A DNA stretch of 64,000 nucleotides from Octopus vulgaris (taxonomy: Eukaryota). Of this stretch, positions 40,532 through 55,373 are shown in pieces. Position 1 is the stretch's first letter. Every line of letters starts with the position of its first letter. The position numbers and the translations under genes were made by a program. Under the pieces are notes generated by a model, which made no database searches, was not told the origin of the DNA, and saw only the letters and a list, made by a program, of their open reading frames with translations. Location: the NCBI GenBank assembly GCA_951406725.2, contig OX597814.1, forward strand, positions 120,032,001 through 120,096,000, in the 5' to 3' direction.

Positions 40532-41253
40532 TTATATGTATTGTATATATATATATATATATATATATCAATATGCATACTTATACACATATTTGCACAC
40601 ATATATATATATTTATATGTGTATATATATATATATTTGAAAATATGTGTGTGCGTGTCTGTGTATATGTTTGTATGCTTCTGTGTGTATGTCTGTGTGT
40701 GCGCAAACGTAGAAACACATACAGACACACATTGTTTCATCTACTAGTTCGACTTATATTTTGAAGCAAATTTCAGAGAATAAACCGAAACATAAAAAAT
40801 CACTAGAAAGAATTATAAATGGCTCTAATGTTCTGATATGTATTCCCAATTTGTCTTTCGTACTTTTTTGAAACATGCTGATATATGTGTGTGAGAGAGA
40901 TTTTGTTTCTGCGTCTAAATTCCGTATGCATATATGAGTATATTCACGTACATAAATGTATACATACAGACACACATATCACTGTGTTACATCTACTAGA
41001 ATTCAAACAGAATTCCCCTTATAAATTCTCCTTATAGCAAACTGCAAACCAAAGCAGCTTTATGATTAATGTAGTCTTAAATCTTGTATTTTGATATAGC
41101 AATACAATCACATTTCGGCGCTTATAAAAAGCAAATGATAGTTTGTTTATATATATGTACATATTTGAATGTTAGTTTCTATAGATAACTAATGTACCTG
41201 AAATGTATGTCCCACCAATCGATCTAATTTTCTAACTAATAATAATTCATCTA

Positions 41254-41449
41254 GAGATGTACTTGCATGGCAAGTGACCTGATCTGAGATCGTGTGCTGG
41301 AACGAAACGCAGCACGGAAATTTCTCAGTGAACAGCTCGGGGTCTCAAAGCGAGGAAAATATTTTGGCAAATTAAATTTCAATGTTCAAATGGATCTAAC
41401 GGTTTTGCGTGCTTCTTAAATGGCCTATAAACACCTTCCATGCTGCAAT
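41254..41449 (+). mobile_element. One-armed relative of the 31534 palindromic element
   Basis: Unique extension joined directly to the distal arm. Retains GTGAACA-G-CTCG...CGAG-GAAAATATTT at 41321-41371. Confidence 0.85.
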
Positions 41450-42523
41450 AATTTATGTATAACTGTAAAAAGATATGAAATTGTGGGATAATGTTCTGTT
41501 TTGTTTCTTTCTTTTGGTGCACATTTTATCTCTGAATCAAAATATTGTGGTTGTGTCTATTGACTTTTCTCCATATCTGGTGATCAATCTCTTAGCGCCT
41601 AACACTAAAGCTTCAAAATCCCGAATTTTGGAATACTGAATTATCAGAGATTTTTAATTACTGTCGTATAGCCTTTTATCTTACTTCAACTTCGCCTTTT
41701 CGCTGAATAACACTATTTACATTGAAAATGCAGTTTTGAATGCCATTATCTAAAACCTTGAGCTTTTATCTTGGAATACTATGAAAGAAATATTAGAGAA
41801 TGTAATTTATTTCTGTATCGAAAACTTCTCTTCTTTTAAATTTGACTTAAATTTCAAGAATCAAACTTTATATATATATGTAAAAATTAAAGAAGAATAT
41901 TTAAAAATAACTGCTGTAGTGTTCCATATATGTGCGAATTATTGTATGAGATATTGTGAAATGCATGATGGGCATGTCAACCTATTAAGGAAAATCTTCC
42001 TTTTTGACGGTTTCCACAATTACGTTTTATAAGATAATCATCTTAGCCACAGCAGAAATATTACAATACACACAGAGCAAATTAAAATGAACCCTTTTCA
42101 TATTTTCTAAGTATAATAATCACTCCCATAATAATTATCAAGGTTAGATTCTGCAAAAGTATTATCCGTATCAAATTATTTAATGCAATAGAACGAGAGA
42201 TAGTATAATAGCAACTGAAACTGTTATTGTTTCCCTAGTGCTACATATTAACATTTCGTAAATAGCCATATCTCATCCCACCCATGCTCTATTTGTCTCA
42301 TCCCATTCCCTTCACTGAACTTATTCTCCACCCTACTTGTCTTCCTCTCCTTCCACTTGCCCTCCTTTCACTCTAGGGCTCTCTCATTCCTTTGTCGCAA
42401 AGTAATCATACCTCTACATATAATCTTCCTTTTCCGTTTCACCTCATATGGTCACTTACACTCATCTCTCTCCCTCCATTCACTCAACCCTCTCTCTTCT
42501 CTGTTCTTCGTACTCCCATACAT

Positions 42524-42554
<31 letters not shown>

Positions 42555-42660
42555 TGCAGTTGCTCTCTCTCCTTGTTTCATTTGCTACCATCCCTTTCCT
42601 CTCCGGCATATTATTGCTTTGTTCTGTCACTCTCTGCCTCTGTCTGTTTGTTTGTTTGTT

Positions 42661-42691
<31 letters not shown>

Positions 42692-44359
42692 TTGTAGTCA
42701 CGAAACAATCATGCTTGTAGTCACGCTCCACGAAGACATAAATCAGTAGCGCAGCTAAGTTCTCGAGAAACTAAAATAATGTCTTGGTAGCCCTGTTCCT
42801 TCGAGCGTGGTTATAGTCAAAGAGGATTCACCCAATTACCTGACTCCAACGGCCCTGAAAGGCAGTCGATTTACTATTTCTGCAGCGCAAATAGAGCTAA
42901 AGTTGAATGAATTTATCCTCTCTTATGTGCTCGCTATGCCTCACATTGACAAACTACACACCATTCTTAACTATGGTACTGCTCCCAATTAAACGTCTGA
43001 CACAATGAGCAATAAATAAAGCCCTAAGCAAATATCTTAATAAAAAGGCTACAACAAAAATGCAACCAGCTTCCTATACCTGGCCGGAGATGTCCATAGA
43101 GAGGTAAGAGCTAAAAAGGAAACTAAAGCTCTCACTTTTGAACAACGCTGAAGGAAAAGGAACTGACCGAAATACAAATGAAAATAAATTTACAGTTGAA
43201 AGTATGAAAAGCTTACACAAAGACACCGAGAAAACTGTTAATGAAACGCAAACCATCTACAAATTCTACATAGAAGATTTCTCCTGGAATAGAGATATAT
43301 GGATAAACTGCCGCTTTGAGCATTTAAATCCCAGGCAAAGTGGAAATCAAATTAATACCCAGAATCTACTCAGCCAACAAGCTAGAATAAAATCATACCG
43401 TAAGAAATGAAAAATCCACAATACGTTCGCAGTTAAGGAAACAACAAAAAATTGTATGCAGATGCAGTGCAAGCTGGAGTCGTAGAACAATTTAAATTTT
43501 TAGAAGTGCTACAAAATATAGAGTAGCAGCTAACAAAGCTACAAATCAAATAACTCCATGCGCACCACACACAAGACTGCCACAACTAATAGACTCGGCA
43601 TGGGTACCATTTCTGCCATGACAGAAAGCTGACGGGTTCTATTGATATATATTAAACACTTTCTACAAAAACCAAGCCAAAATCAAAATTGCCTGACCGA
43701 ATGATCTTTGTCCTTGCAAGCAAACCATATTCGTTGCACTTACACATCTCTCTACAGGAATAAATTATCCTTAGGTACACCTGCCAATATATGGTGTGTT
43801 CAGTATAGATAGAAATGAACAAAGTTTCAGTGGAGGTGCGATGTATGCCTATAATAATGCCACGCCATTAGTAAGGTTACAGCATAGATGCCACGATGAG
43901 GATCTATGAGTGTGCAGAGGTAGCAAATATATATTCTAGGTGTCTTTTAAAAAGCTCCTTGCAGGTTAATTTTACAAGCAGATAGATCCGTTGAGCGGAT
44001 TAGTTGGAACTAGCTTCGATAGTTATAAGTATGTGTATATAAAAGCTTGTGTATATGTGCATATAGTTATGGCACCACATGATTCACAGATAATAGATAT
44101 TCACAAACTCATGCATATATACACAAACCTGAATATATATCAAACTTGAATCTATACACAAAATCTTAAATACACAACCCTATGAATTCACAACATCATA
44201 GACGAATTTTGACGTGAAATGATCAGATAATTTTCTGAAACCCGGTGATCATGTGCACATATGTACAAATACGAACTATTTGATGCACAACTTCACTATA
44301 AATATCAGATTTGGGTCTGTGTGCCTCTGTGTGAGTTATTGTGTGCAAATATCATGAAT

Positions 44360-45655
44360 GATATTCAAATTGAAAACAAAGGACAGGTAGGGTATGAAAC
44401 TGGATAGGCAGCCAGTTCCAAAGCTGTCCTTAATGCCACCTTCAACTAGAGCAGTTCCAGTGTCATCTCCAACGTCTGTAGCGGAGACTGAAAGTGAATA
44501 TCAAGAGTCCGTAAAATCAGATGAAGAATCCACACAAACAAGGAGGAAATATGGCAAAACTGGAGCTGCAACCAAGTTAGTAATATCTTCCAAGCTATCA
44601 ACCCCAAAATGCAGCAACAGTGTGTCGGCTATTACCTCAAGATGGAATGAATGTCGAGACTGCTTCCCAATCTGGTATTTACAGATCGACTATCAAAGAA
44701 ATTGTTGAACTAAAAAAGAAAATGAGGAAAACTGGTCATTGCATGATGACGGGAAACGTATTGGTGACCAAGAATAGCAATTGCTAGTTTTAAATAAGGA
44801 ATAGGGATGTTAAGTTAGAAGCACTCCAATTACCAAAGGGAAAAACCGATACTTTTGTGAAAGGAATAACAACTGTTTCTGATGAATACAATTTATGGAA
44901 CTATGTAAAGATGATTGTCACTGATACAAGGGTGAACACTGCGAAAGGAAATCGCATTGCTATTCAGTTGCAAAGAATGTTTACTAAAAAGGGTTCGAAA
45001 AACCACAATTTATTGGTTATCAGCATCATAACCTTGATAGAGATCTTCGTGTAGTAAGGGATAACGAAATTGGAAAAAAAGTTACTTCCCAATATTGAAT
45101 ATACATTCATCCCAGTGCTTCTAAGTAATTACGCGAAACTCCAGGGTAAATTCAACAATGGCGAAGGAAAGATTACTGAATCAGCAGGATGGCGAGATGA
45201 CATGAAATATGTAGTTCATTTGACCATGGATTTTCGTTTCTTCGAAGAAACCAGCAAATTTCCTACTGTAAAGTTTTAAAAAAATACCCAACTTAAGTAA
45301 TGCAAGATGGAATTCTCGAGCAATACTAGCTCTTTTGGCATTTATTCTCCTACCAGAGAAAATATTTTTGCTTGTGAATATTTGTCGATTTATCTCATTC
45401 AGATGGGCAGATTTTGGGTTTACTAATCAAATATTCAATGCACATGATTATCACAAGTTATTTGGTAGAATGCATGTTCCTGAACACCATTGAGCTCTGT
45501 AAAAAACTTTTGGAGTCGTCGAAATTCCCGGAACAAAGCAGAGAGCAGAACGGTCAAACAGGGGACTTCAAGTTCTTTGTGATGTTTGTAAAAAGAAGAA
45601 AAAAATTGAACTTCGATTTATTTTATCTAACAACATTAATTCTTTATGTTTAAAT
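44360..45655 (+). pseudogene. Decayed DDE transposase, hAT-like
   Basis: Across frameshifts: WSLH.DGK, MIVTDT.VNTAKG, FIG.QHH.LD, GWRDD, LSNARWNSRA. Superfamily assignment is inferred from these motifs. Confidence 0.6.
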
Positions 45656-45699
45656 ATATGCTAACATTCAGCACCCTCTTTCCTTATACAGTTATTTAA

Positions 45700-46600
45700 A
45701 ATTGATAAGAGCCTTGAAGATGAAGAAGCCAGAGGATGGTCATGCAGTCTTGACAATGAACAATTGAAAGTAATTACTGGACAAAACTCACGTCAAAATG
45801 TCAGAAAAAGGTCTCAGGCACTTCGTGTCGGTATTGCAACTGTCTCACGCAATCTGCAGATGATTGGTAAGGTGAAAGAGCTCGATAACTGCGTACCACA
45901 TGAGCTCAATGAATATCAGAATTTCAGTGTTTTGAAGTGTGGCCGATACTCTTTCTGCGAAACACCAATAATCCTTTTCTCGAGCGAATAGTCAATATTG
46001 ACGAAAAGTGGGCTCTTTATGATAACTGTAAATGATAGGGTCAATGACTTGATCGTGATGAGCTAAAGTTGCATCAGCAAAAGATTATGGTGACTGTCTG
46101 GTGGTGTGCAATTGGTGTTGTCCATTACAACTTTCTGGAATCCAGTCAGAGCATTACAGCTGGAGTTTACTGCAATCAGCTCGCTGGAATGCAAAAAAGG
46201 AGAGACCTGCATTGGTGAATCGGCGGGGCCCAATTCTGTTCTACGATAATGCAAATTCACATGATGCGAGAATTACGCTGCAAAATCTCACAGACTAATG
46301 ATACGAGATTTTATCACATCTTCCATATTCTCCTGATCTTTTACCCACTGACTATCATTTTTAAAGCGTTTAAACACGTTTTTACGTGATAAAATTTTCA
46401 GATGAGGAATCAGCTTTCAAAGAATTCTTAACATCAAAGCCAATGATTTTTTATCAACGAGGAATAATCTCGGAGATCAATGGCAGAGATGCATAGATGT
46501 TCACGGCTCACACATTGACTAATTAAAACATATCTATTGTTAATTCTTCCAGAATAAAATTGTTTCTCAAATCGGCCAATATTTTCGGAACAACCTTATA
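45700..46600 (+). pseudogene. mariner (Tc1/mariner) transposase relic with right TIR
   Basis: VPHELN, IVNIDEKW.LYDN, KIMVTVWW, GPILFYDNA, HLPYSPDLLPTDYHF; ends ggccaatattttcggaacaacctta-TA. Confidence 0.92.
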
Positions 46601-46609
46601 CATGTGTGT

Positions 46610-46797
46610 GTGTAGAAATGAGTGGCGACGTCATTGGTGCCAAGCTGCATCGGACTTTGCCTTTTCCTTGGATGATATCGGTGGCATGGATAGGGGAGGC
46701 CGGTATGCATAGGCGACTGCTGGCCATCCACAAACAACTTTACCTGGACCTGTGCCTCGGAGGGTAACATTCTAGGTGCAATCCCATGGTCATTGGG
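46610..46797. mobile_element. GC-rich interspersed repeat fragment, probably a SINE body
   Basis: Abrupt GC-rich island between the mariner TIR and the next repeat. No second copy in the window. Confidence 0.4.
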
Positions 46798-46899
46798 ACA
46801 AGAATGCAAAACATCCTGACAACTAGATGATACAGAAAGGGAGAATAAAACATCCAGACAGGCGATACAAAAACAACAAGGACGGGTCATTCGAAGTTT

Positions 46900-47085
46900 T
46901 CTATCCTCAGGCAAGAACCGATCATCCTCGCAATTTCGACTGATTAATCTTGAGATTGCTCCACTCCGGTCAGCCCCAAGGAAAAACTAAGCTAAGAGTA
47001 TTAGATGACTGGAAGAAAGTATCGAATGTACACGAAAACAACGACGGAAAAACAGACGATGTTACACAAATATTAATACAAATAC

Positions 47086-47184
<99 letters not shown>

Positions 47185-47560
47185 AAAAAAACAACAACAG
47201 GTGTCTTTCGACTGGGGACGAATTGAATTCCGTTGGCGTGTAAGGAAATGAAGCCTTACGGCAGAGATACAAATATTTCACAAACACAGGGAAGAATATC
47301 GACGTTGCACTGACCACGGTCAGACTCAAAATGAGAGAGCTAGCAGTCTGGCCTATCGGTCATCTGGGATGAGAAGAGAGAGAAAAAATTAAGGCGGGGA
47401 AAAAGAAGAGAGAGAGTTGTAGAAGCAAATGGACAGAAGAATTAAGGAGGGGCGAAAAATGACAGGGAATAAGAAAAGAAGCCAAAGAAATGTGAGAGAT
47501 GGGGAAAGAATGAACGATGAGTGGAATGAATGAATAAGCGTGAAAAGTTTGATAGATTCG
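46900..47560. mobile_element. Interspersed repeat, two copies (also 58745-59110)
   Basis: Shared atcctcgcaatt...ttaatcttgagattgctcca...aaaaactaagctaagag...gtgtctttcgact...agcctt.cggcagagata; internal (AAT)n and a purine-rich tract. Confidence 0.8.
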
Positions 47561-47616
47561 TGCAAAATTTAGTAAAATATGTACGTACATATAAGGGAAC
47601 AAAGTGTACATACGCC

Positions 47617-47654
<38 letters not shown>

Positions 47655-47824
47655 AAATGTATGTATGTATGTATATATGTACAGCCTAACACATTGATTT
47701 TATATTTTAATCCATTGCGCCTCATCATTTCAATTCGACCAAGAATATGACAAACATTTTAACATGTACAATGCACAACGCGATTACAATAATACAAAGC
47801 ACAATCTATATGTACGTACGTATG

Positions 47825-47858
<34 letters not shown>

Positions 47859-48028
47859 TGTATGTATTTATGCCTGTATGTATGCATGTATCTCACTCTC
47901 TCTCTCTATAAGCATATATATCTGTGTATATATAAAGATATTACTTCTATATTTATATAGACACGCATATGAATGTATATATATATATATACATGTGTGT
48001 TTGTGTGTGTGTGAATGTGTGTGAGTGT

Positions 48029-48070
<42 letters not shown>

Positions 48071-49103
48071 ATATTTCGACATGATATTTATTAAAGTACT
48101 ACAAAAAAGTGCAGCATACTGTAGAGTTGTATTTGTCCGAGGTATATCTGGTGGAGCTTGAAGTTTATCTCGATGAACGTGACTCGCATGACAGAATTTA
48201 TAATTCATATATGTATATGTATATCAGAAGCGGCTCCAGGTCATTAGCATCACTTGGGTTCATCACAGATTTCGCATGAGACCTATACCTACTTGAAGTA
48301 TTTCACGTTTTTCTGCTTTATTTCTAGCCCCGAAGGACTTCTTTTTTACATCTAGTAGTATGTGTTTCTCCATTTCTATGTTAAGGGTTAAAATAAGGTA
48401 AGCCTGCAAAACACAACTGATCTTTGCACACAGACGCACAGAATAACATCAAGCTAGTAACGACAGCGGACTGCACAACAAACATAAGGGATCTGACCTG
48501 AACTCTTGAGAAGAGATACCAGTTAGGTTTTTACCTACTGCGCTCTTTCGTATAAGCCCGAGTTTCTGGATAATGATTTGTTCCTTTAAGAATATTGTAG
48601 AACGGAAACTTTTCATAGATAGAAATTTAAATACTAATCTCTATAGAAATTCATTGTTTCAAGAAAACATTGAATTTTAATTAGCTTTATCTTTTCAGAT
48701 TATAGATAACAATTCGGCCTGTAACTTCCGAGACCGAGCCATGCGTGTGTGAACTATGTCAAGAGAACGTCTGCTACAAATGATATCTTTTGACTAGGCA
48801 CGTCTAAGACACCACCAGACGCTGAACGAGAATAAATGCAATGCGACTAGGCTCAATAAAAGGAGTCCAAGTTATTGGCGGTAATTACATGCTTGAAGTC
48901 AGTATTGGCAGAAATTAAATCATTTTGCAAATACACGTTCTCTTGAATAAATTTTCACCCGGACTAAACCCCGAACAGCCTTAGTGCCGGTGATATATAT
49001 ATATGGATATATCACTGCGATAATATTTAAACTCATAAAATACTATTACACACACACAAACACACACATATATATATATATGCATATTTAATATACACAC
49101 ACA

Positions 49104-49151
<48 letters not shown>

Positions 49152-49182
49152 ATAGATAGATAGATATACATACACACGTATA

Positions 49183-49403
49183 CAGTACTCCATTTGCTAT
49201 CGCGGTTGTTACGTTACAATCCTCCGCCCTCGCGCGATAGGTAAAAATCTACGAAGCAGAAAGAGTACAGTATATTTTTTACAATTATTTTTATAATTTG
49301 TATATATCTATTTCATCATAAATGCGAAACAACAACACGAAGGAGCCGACGTAAGCAAGATAATAAACAGCGATAGGTGAATCGTAGTATGGCAAGGGAT
49401 GCA
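49183..49403. mobile_element. pogo/Tigger-like MITE, decayed
   Basis: TA-cagtactccatttgctatcgcggtt start; far end gcgataggtgaatcgtagtatggcaaggga; internal gcgataggt repeat. Confidence 0.5.
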
Positions 49404-50254
49404 GACAATATGAATGATCGAACACAAAAGATAACAATAACAAAAGACCGTGCTCATGGAATATTAGTTTGACGCTCGGTAAAGAGATAGAATTTTTGAA
49501 TTCTCGGGCCTAGCTTTTCGTTGGAAAGGAAATCGGTGAAGTAATCTGAAGACAATGTAAAATAATGGTTAGTAGATATCTTTTTTCTTGCAGTAAATTT
49601 GACTTACAACTGTTTCTTTCAGTCATTACATCTCCCTTATTGTTAGGTTTACTCAGTCTGCCCGTTGATCTGTAGAGAAAAACTGAACCACATGTCAGCT
49701 AATGGTACTTTCGTTTCTGGTTATAACAAGAACACTAAAATTACTGTATCAGTACAGGGCGAGGAGTGAAGAAAGGCAATAAGAAACAATATAAGGAAAG
49801 TGGAAAATAGAGAATGAAGAAAAGAGAAAGAGAAAAGCGGAAGACAAGTTATGGTTTGTAAAGTAAGACTAAAATGAAGGCAAGGAAAGAAAGGAAGCGA
49901 AGAAGGATAAAAAAGAATAGAGGAGTGGAGGTATTCTATATATGGAGGTACAGGGGATGGCCAAAATTAACGAGAGGATACCCCCCCCCCCTCCACAATT
50001 CTTTCTATTCCATCCTCTGCTCTTTGGTTTCCTTCTGTAATGACCATTATTCCTTGTCTTATACATCACTCTGTAAAATCCTGTATACCTGGAACACAAC
50101 AATGGATTTCCAATATACAATGGTAAGGAACTCTCACCCTGGAAACCGCCACAAGAAGTTCTGTACCAATAGAAACAATACTGTTAGCCTGGTATTCTAA
50201 CAGAGAGCCTCCAAAGTGCCCGAATTGATAATCCTTCATTAATAAATTATAGTA

Positions 50255-50305
<51 letters not shown>

Positions 50306-50458
50306 GCTATATTATAACGGTGAATGTATGTATGTTGGCATGTCTGAATATTTGAATATATGTATGTATCTATTATCTACTTATCTATTTGTCTGTCTGT
50401 TTATTTATAATTTTTCCTATTTGTAGATATCTACATATCTACTTGTTTCTCTATAACT

Positions 50459-50528
<70 letters not shown>

Positions 50529-50539
50529 GTATATATTTT

Positions 50540-51500
50540 CTGCAGAAAATACAGAACCCCAGTGATGTTGCATACCTGCAGCAGGAGTTGGACTCAATCT
50601 ACAGATGGGCTGAGGATAATAATATGCAGTTTAATGCTGAAAAATTCATGCCCTGCGCTACCAGCATCCAAAACTGAATATTAAACTTACAGGATACACC
50701 GGTCCACAGGGAATTTCAATCCCAGAGCCTAAGTCTGTGAGGGACCTGGGTATCGACATGAGTGCTGATACCTCTTTCCAAGTGCACATTACCAGGATGG
50801 CGACAAAGTGCAGACGACTGGCTGGGTGGATCCTAAGAACATTCAGAACCAGAGATAAGGAAACCATGATGGTCCTCTGGCGGACATTCGTCCTCAGCCG
50901 CCTGGATTACTTCTCACAGCTATGGTCACCCACCAGTGTAAAATTAACAGCGGACCTTGAAGCAATCCAGAGAAGATTCACAAAGAAGATCGTCTCTTAG
51001 CAACAGCTCAGCTATTGAGAAAGGTTGAAACAGCTAAGACTCTACTCCCTGGAGAGACGACGGGAGAGGTATGCAGTAATATATGTCTGGAAGATCCTGG
51101 ATGGAACTGTGCCAAATTTTGGCATTGTAAGCTACACCAATGCTAGAACGGGACGACACTGCATAGTGCCAAAGATCCCAGCAATGTCATCACGCTTCAG
51201 GACCAGCTTCTGCAACAGCCTGGGTTTCAAGGGCCCACAGCTTTTTAATATTCTCCCAAAGAGACTGAGGAACTTGCACAAAGTAGATGTAGCGGTTTTT
51301 AAATCATAGCTGGACATCTTCCTGTCAAGAGTCCCAGATGAACCTACCTCACGACAAGAGGTGCCAATGAGAGTAGCTATATCAAACTCCATTCTTCACC
51401 AAGTGCCACATATAAGACGATGTTCTTCGCAATAACAGTGTAGCACAAAACGGCGGTGCATCAGCATGGCCGCAGCTCTGAGCTGAAACTAGAGAAACAA
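50540..51500 (+). mobile_element. CR1-group LINE 3' end
   Basis: LQQELDSIYRWAEDNNMQFN, VRDLGI, WILRTF, RLDYFSQLWSP, LEAIQRRFTK, LYSLERRRER, then 3' tail. Confidence 0.93.
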
Positions 51501-51517
51501 ATATATACATATATAAT

Positions 51518-51868
51518 TGTGAGAAAGTTTGGCATCGAAAGCTACACAAATACCAGAACGGGTCGACACTGCACAGACCCAAAGGTCCCATCAATGCCAT
51601 CGCGCTTCAGAAACAGTTGCTGCAACATCCTGGGTTTCAGAGGCCCACAACTTTTTAATATTCTACCAAAGGAACTGTGTTTTCAAGTCATTACTAGACG
51701 TATTCCTGTCAAACGTCCTAGATGAATCAACTTCGCGGCATGAGGTGCAAATGAGGTAACGACATCAAAGTCCCTTCTTCACCAAATGCCACATTAGAGA
51801 AGGCTTTCAATAATAAGAATGTAGCAAAACGGCGGTGACCCAGCATGGCCACTGTTTTGAGATGAAAG

Positions 51869-51872
<4 letters not shown>
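51518..51872 (+). mobile_element. Second, shorter 3' fragment of the same LINE family
   Basis: Aligns with 51115-51495 (FGI.SYTN.RTGRHC...LGF.GPQLFNILPK and tail). Confidence 0.9.
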
Positions 51873-51911
<39 letters not shown>

Positions 51912-52038
51912 ATATATATACATATATATGTACACACACACACACACATATATATATAAATATATATATATATATAAATGTATATGTATATTTATCTATA
52001 TATATATAGATGTATATGTATATATATATATATATATA

Positions 52039-52090
<52 letters not shown>

Positions 52091-52123
52091 GTATATGTAT
52101 ATCTATCTATATATATATAGATG

Positions 52124-52154
<31 letters not shown>

Positions 52155-52183
52155 TATATATATATAGATAAATATACATATAC

Positions 52184-52228
<45 letters not shown>

Positions 52229-52279
52229 TATATATATATACATATACATCTATATATATATAGATAAATATACATATAC

Positions 52280-52368
<89 letters not shown>

Positions 52369-52397
52369 TGTATATGTATGTATATATATATATGCAT

Positions 52398-52432
<35 letters not shown>

Positions 52433-53789
52433 AATATCTGTTAGAAGTCTCACTTGTGCTATTTTATGTATGGGTGGATCTGATACTGGAAATAGCATTG
52501 CTTTTCATCAAGTTATTGAAATCCACAAGAGCAATAAGGTCTTCATACCTAAACATTTTGCCAAATAGTTGGACATTTCTCGTATGAATGCGCTAAACAA
52601 ATCAAACTTTTAATATAGAAATATTGCAACATTCGTAGACATTGAAGTTTTCATGCATAAATCAACGTTAGATTGCTGCACATATCTGTTGGAACCTTTC
52701 CAGTTTCCAGAACGCACTATATGATTATATGTTAACCTACACTACACTTCACAAATTTTTACACGGCTTCATTACTGACGTCGCTTGATATGCTGCTAGA
52801 ATTCGAACATGCTTGAAATCACATCCTACCATTTTAGAAGTAAAATATATAATCAACATTCAGAGACGGATATTTCACGAACGAAAAATGATTTTGTTAT
52901 TCATCATAGTTCAGCGCAGGCAGCTCTTAATTTGAGTTTAATAGCAATAGCAACTCTAACAAGAATTTAAATTTTAGCTAGCAAAGAAAATAAACTAAAT
53001 CAGTGATTTACAAGCTTACAAGAAATAGACTCCCCCTTAGAGAAATTCGTGTTCACATTATTGCCTCTCCCTAACTTCTAGTTAATGAGATGATATACAA
53101 GATGCACCCACACAATCCACAACACTTCGGCGTGGTATGCATCTTACTTAAAAGTTTCCACTATTATAATTATTTAACGGTGCAATTGCGCCGCAATATT
53201 TCAAACCTCAAACAACCTACGCATGATAGAAATTTCAACATGCATATCACAAATGCGATTTCCATAATTTAAAGCAGAATGTGCGTGTGTGTGAACACGC
53301 GGATGTATATATATATATATATATATACACATATAGATATAAATATATATAGATAATTGTGTATGTGTGTGTAATTGAATGTGTGTCAGTGTTTGTGTAT
53401 GTGTACTTATTTAGTATGTTTATGTAACTTTATATATATATATATATATACATATACGTACATATATACATACACACACACATATATGTATATATGTATA
53501 CCTATATATATGTACATACATATATTAATATTCACACATATGTACCCTCCCATCTACATGCATATATACACATAGGGACACATACACATGTATATATGTA
53601 TGTATAATTCTGTATAATATTTATTACATGAGTATTTCATTCAATAAATTCTTGATAACAATGAACACATTCTGGCTCATGAAACATGCAATATCTTGAA
53701 ATACATAAATGAAATTCAAGTACATTTCCTCAAAAATCTGACAAAATTATATTTTGTCTGCCATAAAATTGATCTCATCATTTCCATGT

Positions 53790-54605
53790 CTTCTGCTTCC
53801 ATGATACTGAACTTTGGTTACAGACTGTGGACAACAGAGTGCAGCTACTCCACTCCTATTACATGAAATCCATACCCTCTAAATATTTTGTTGACTAGAA
53901 CTCAGCTTTGTCACACATGAAACTTAACATACTGATAGCAGTCTTAGGATAATGAACAATGTGTACCCACTTTGCAAATCCTATGAGAGGAAGAAACATG
54001 TACAAAACTTCATGCACTGCATGCAATTATCTGGATATGATAAGAAAGATATGGTTCGGGTATACAGGGGTGCTAGAAAGAAGTTAGATAACATTATATG
54101 TAATGAAGCCGGTGGTACCTGCTCTAGATATAGAAGTAAAAACTCGAAAAGAATACAAAGAGGTTGTGACAAAACAAACGGTGAACACGTGGTATAAAAC
54201 TGACAAATGTCAAGGAGTGATATTTGTAGAGGCCACAGACCACGGAGAACAAGCCCGTAGATTTAGGGAAGCCCTGAATGTAACCAAGGTCAACATTAAG
54301 ATTGTTGAAAAGCCAGGGAACTCCATCAGATAACAACTATGTCGGACGTACCGCTTTAAGAATGCCATATACACCAATGATGACTACACGACATTAGTCT
54401 GGCATTAACTGTAAAACTAGAAATGTAGTATATAGCATAAGAGGCATAGAAGGTGCTTGTAAAGACATGAACCTGACATACATAGGGGAGTCATTTAGGA
54501 GCATTGCAGAAAGACTAAATGAAAATTTGAGACAATATGACAACAACAAAATATTCCTTCATATTCTACCAACATAGCAGCCACCTGGGGCAACTTGACA
54601 TCTGT
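53790..54605 (+). mobile_element. Penelope-like element relic: RT thumb, linker and GIY-YIG endonuclease
   Basis: MQLSGY, WYK...VIFVEAT, IKIVEKPG.SI, CKTRNVVYSI...C...TYIGESFRSIAERL; several stops and frameshifts. Confidence 0.85.
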
Positions 54606-54657
54606 AAATGAGTGGAAACTTCACCGGTGAATGTGTTAAATAATAAGGTACTGATAC

Positions 54658-54726
<69 letters not shown>

Positions 54727-54734
54727 GTATATAT

Positions 54735-54909
54735 ACATTCTTTTATTCTTTTTTCTTTTACTTCTTTTAGTTATTCGACTGCGGTCATGCTGGATCACTG
54801 CCTTTTGACGAACAAATGGATCCCAGGACATATTCTTTGTAAGACTAGCACTTATTCCATCGTTCACTTTTGCCCAACCGCTAAGTTACGGGAGCGTAAA
54901 CACACAAAC

Positions 54910-54940
<31 letters not shown>

Positions 54941-55310
54941 GCAATTAAGGACAACTACTTAATAAGGAAAACTTAACAAGAAATTGTCAGGTAGATAGCG
55001 TAAAAACCTCATAAGAGAAAAAATTTCGAAAATAATTATTTCTTATTGAACATATTAATTTATATATAGAGGGCATTATATATACATGCCAGAAGGCATT
55101 ATACATACATGCCAAACGCTAAGAGGGACAATTAGTCATTTCTACCAAAAAATATTACTAATCCCACCGAATGCAATTTTTTAAATGTCTTACTTTGAAA
55201 AATTGCATTCGGTGGGATTAGTAATATTTTTTGGTAGAAATGACTAATTGTCCCTCTTAGCGTTTGGCATGTATGTATAATGCCTTCTGGCATGTATATA
55301 TAATGCCCTC

Positions 55311-55373
<63 letters not shown>

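Noticed and set aside
42780-43950. A-rich stretch with short ORFs, possible LINE ORF1 relic
   Set aside because: No diagnostic motif recognised.
46920-47000. Possible HDV-like ribozyme (gactgatt/ggtcagcc stem, gctaa, tcctcgc)
   Set aside because: No P3 stem with correct spacing and no GG for P1.1 after P1.
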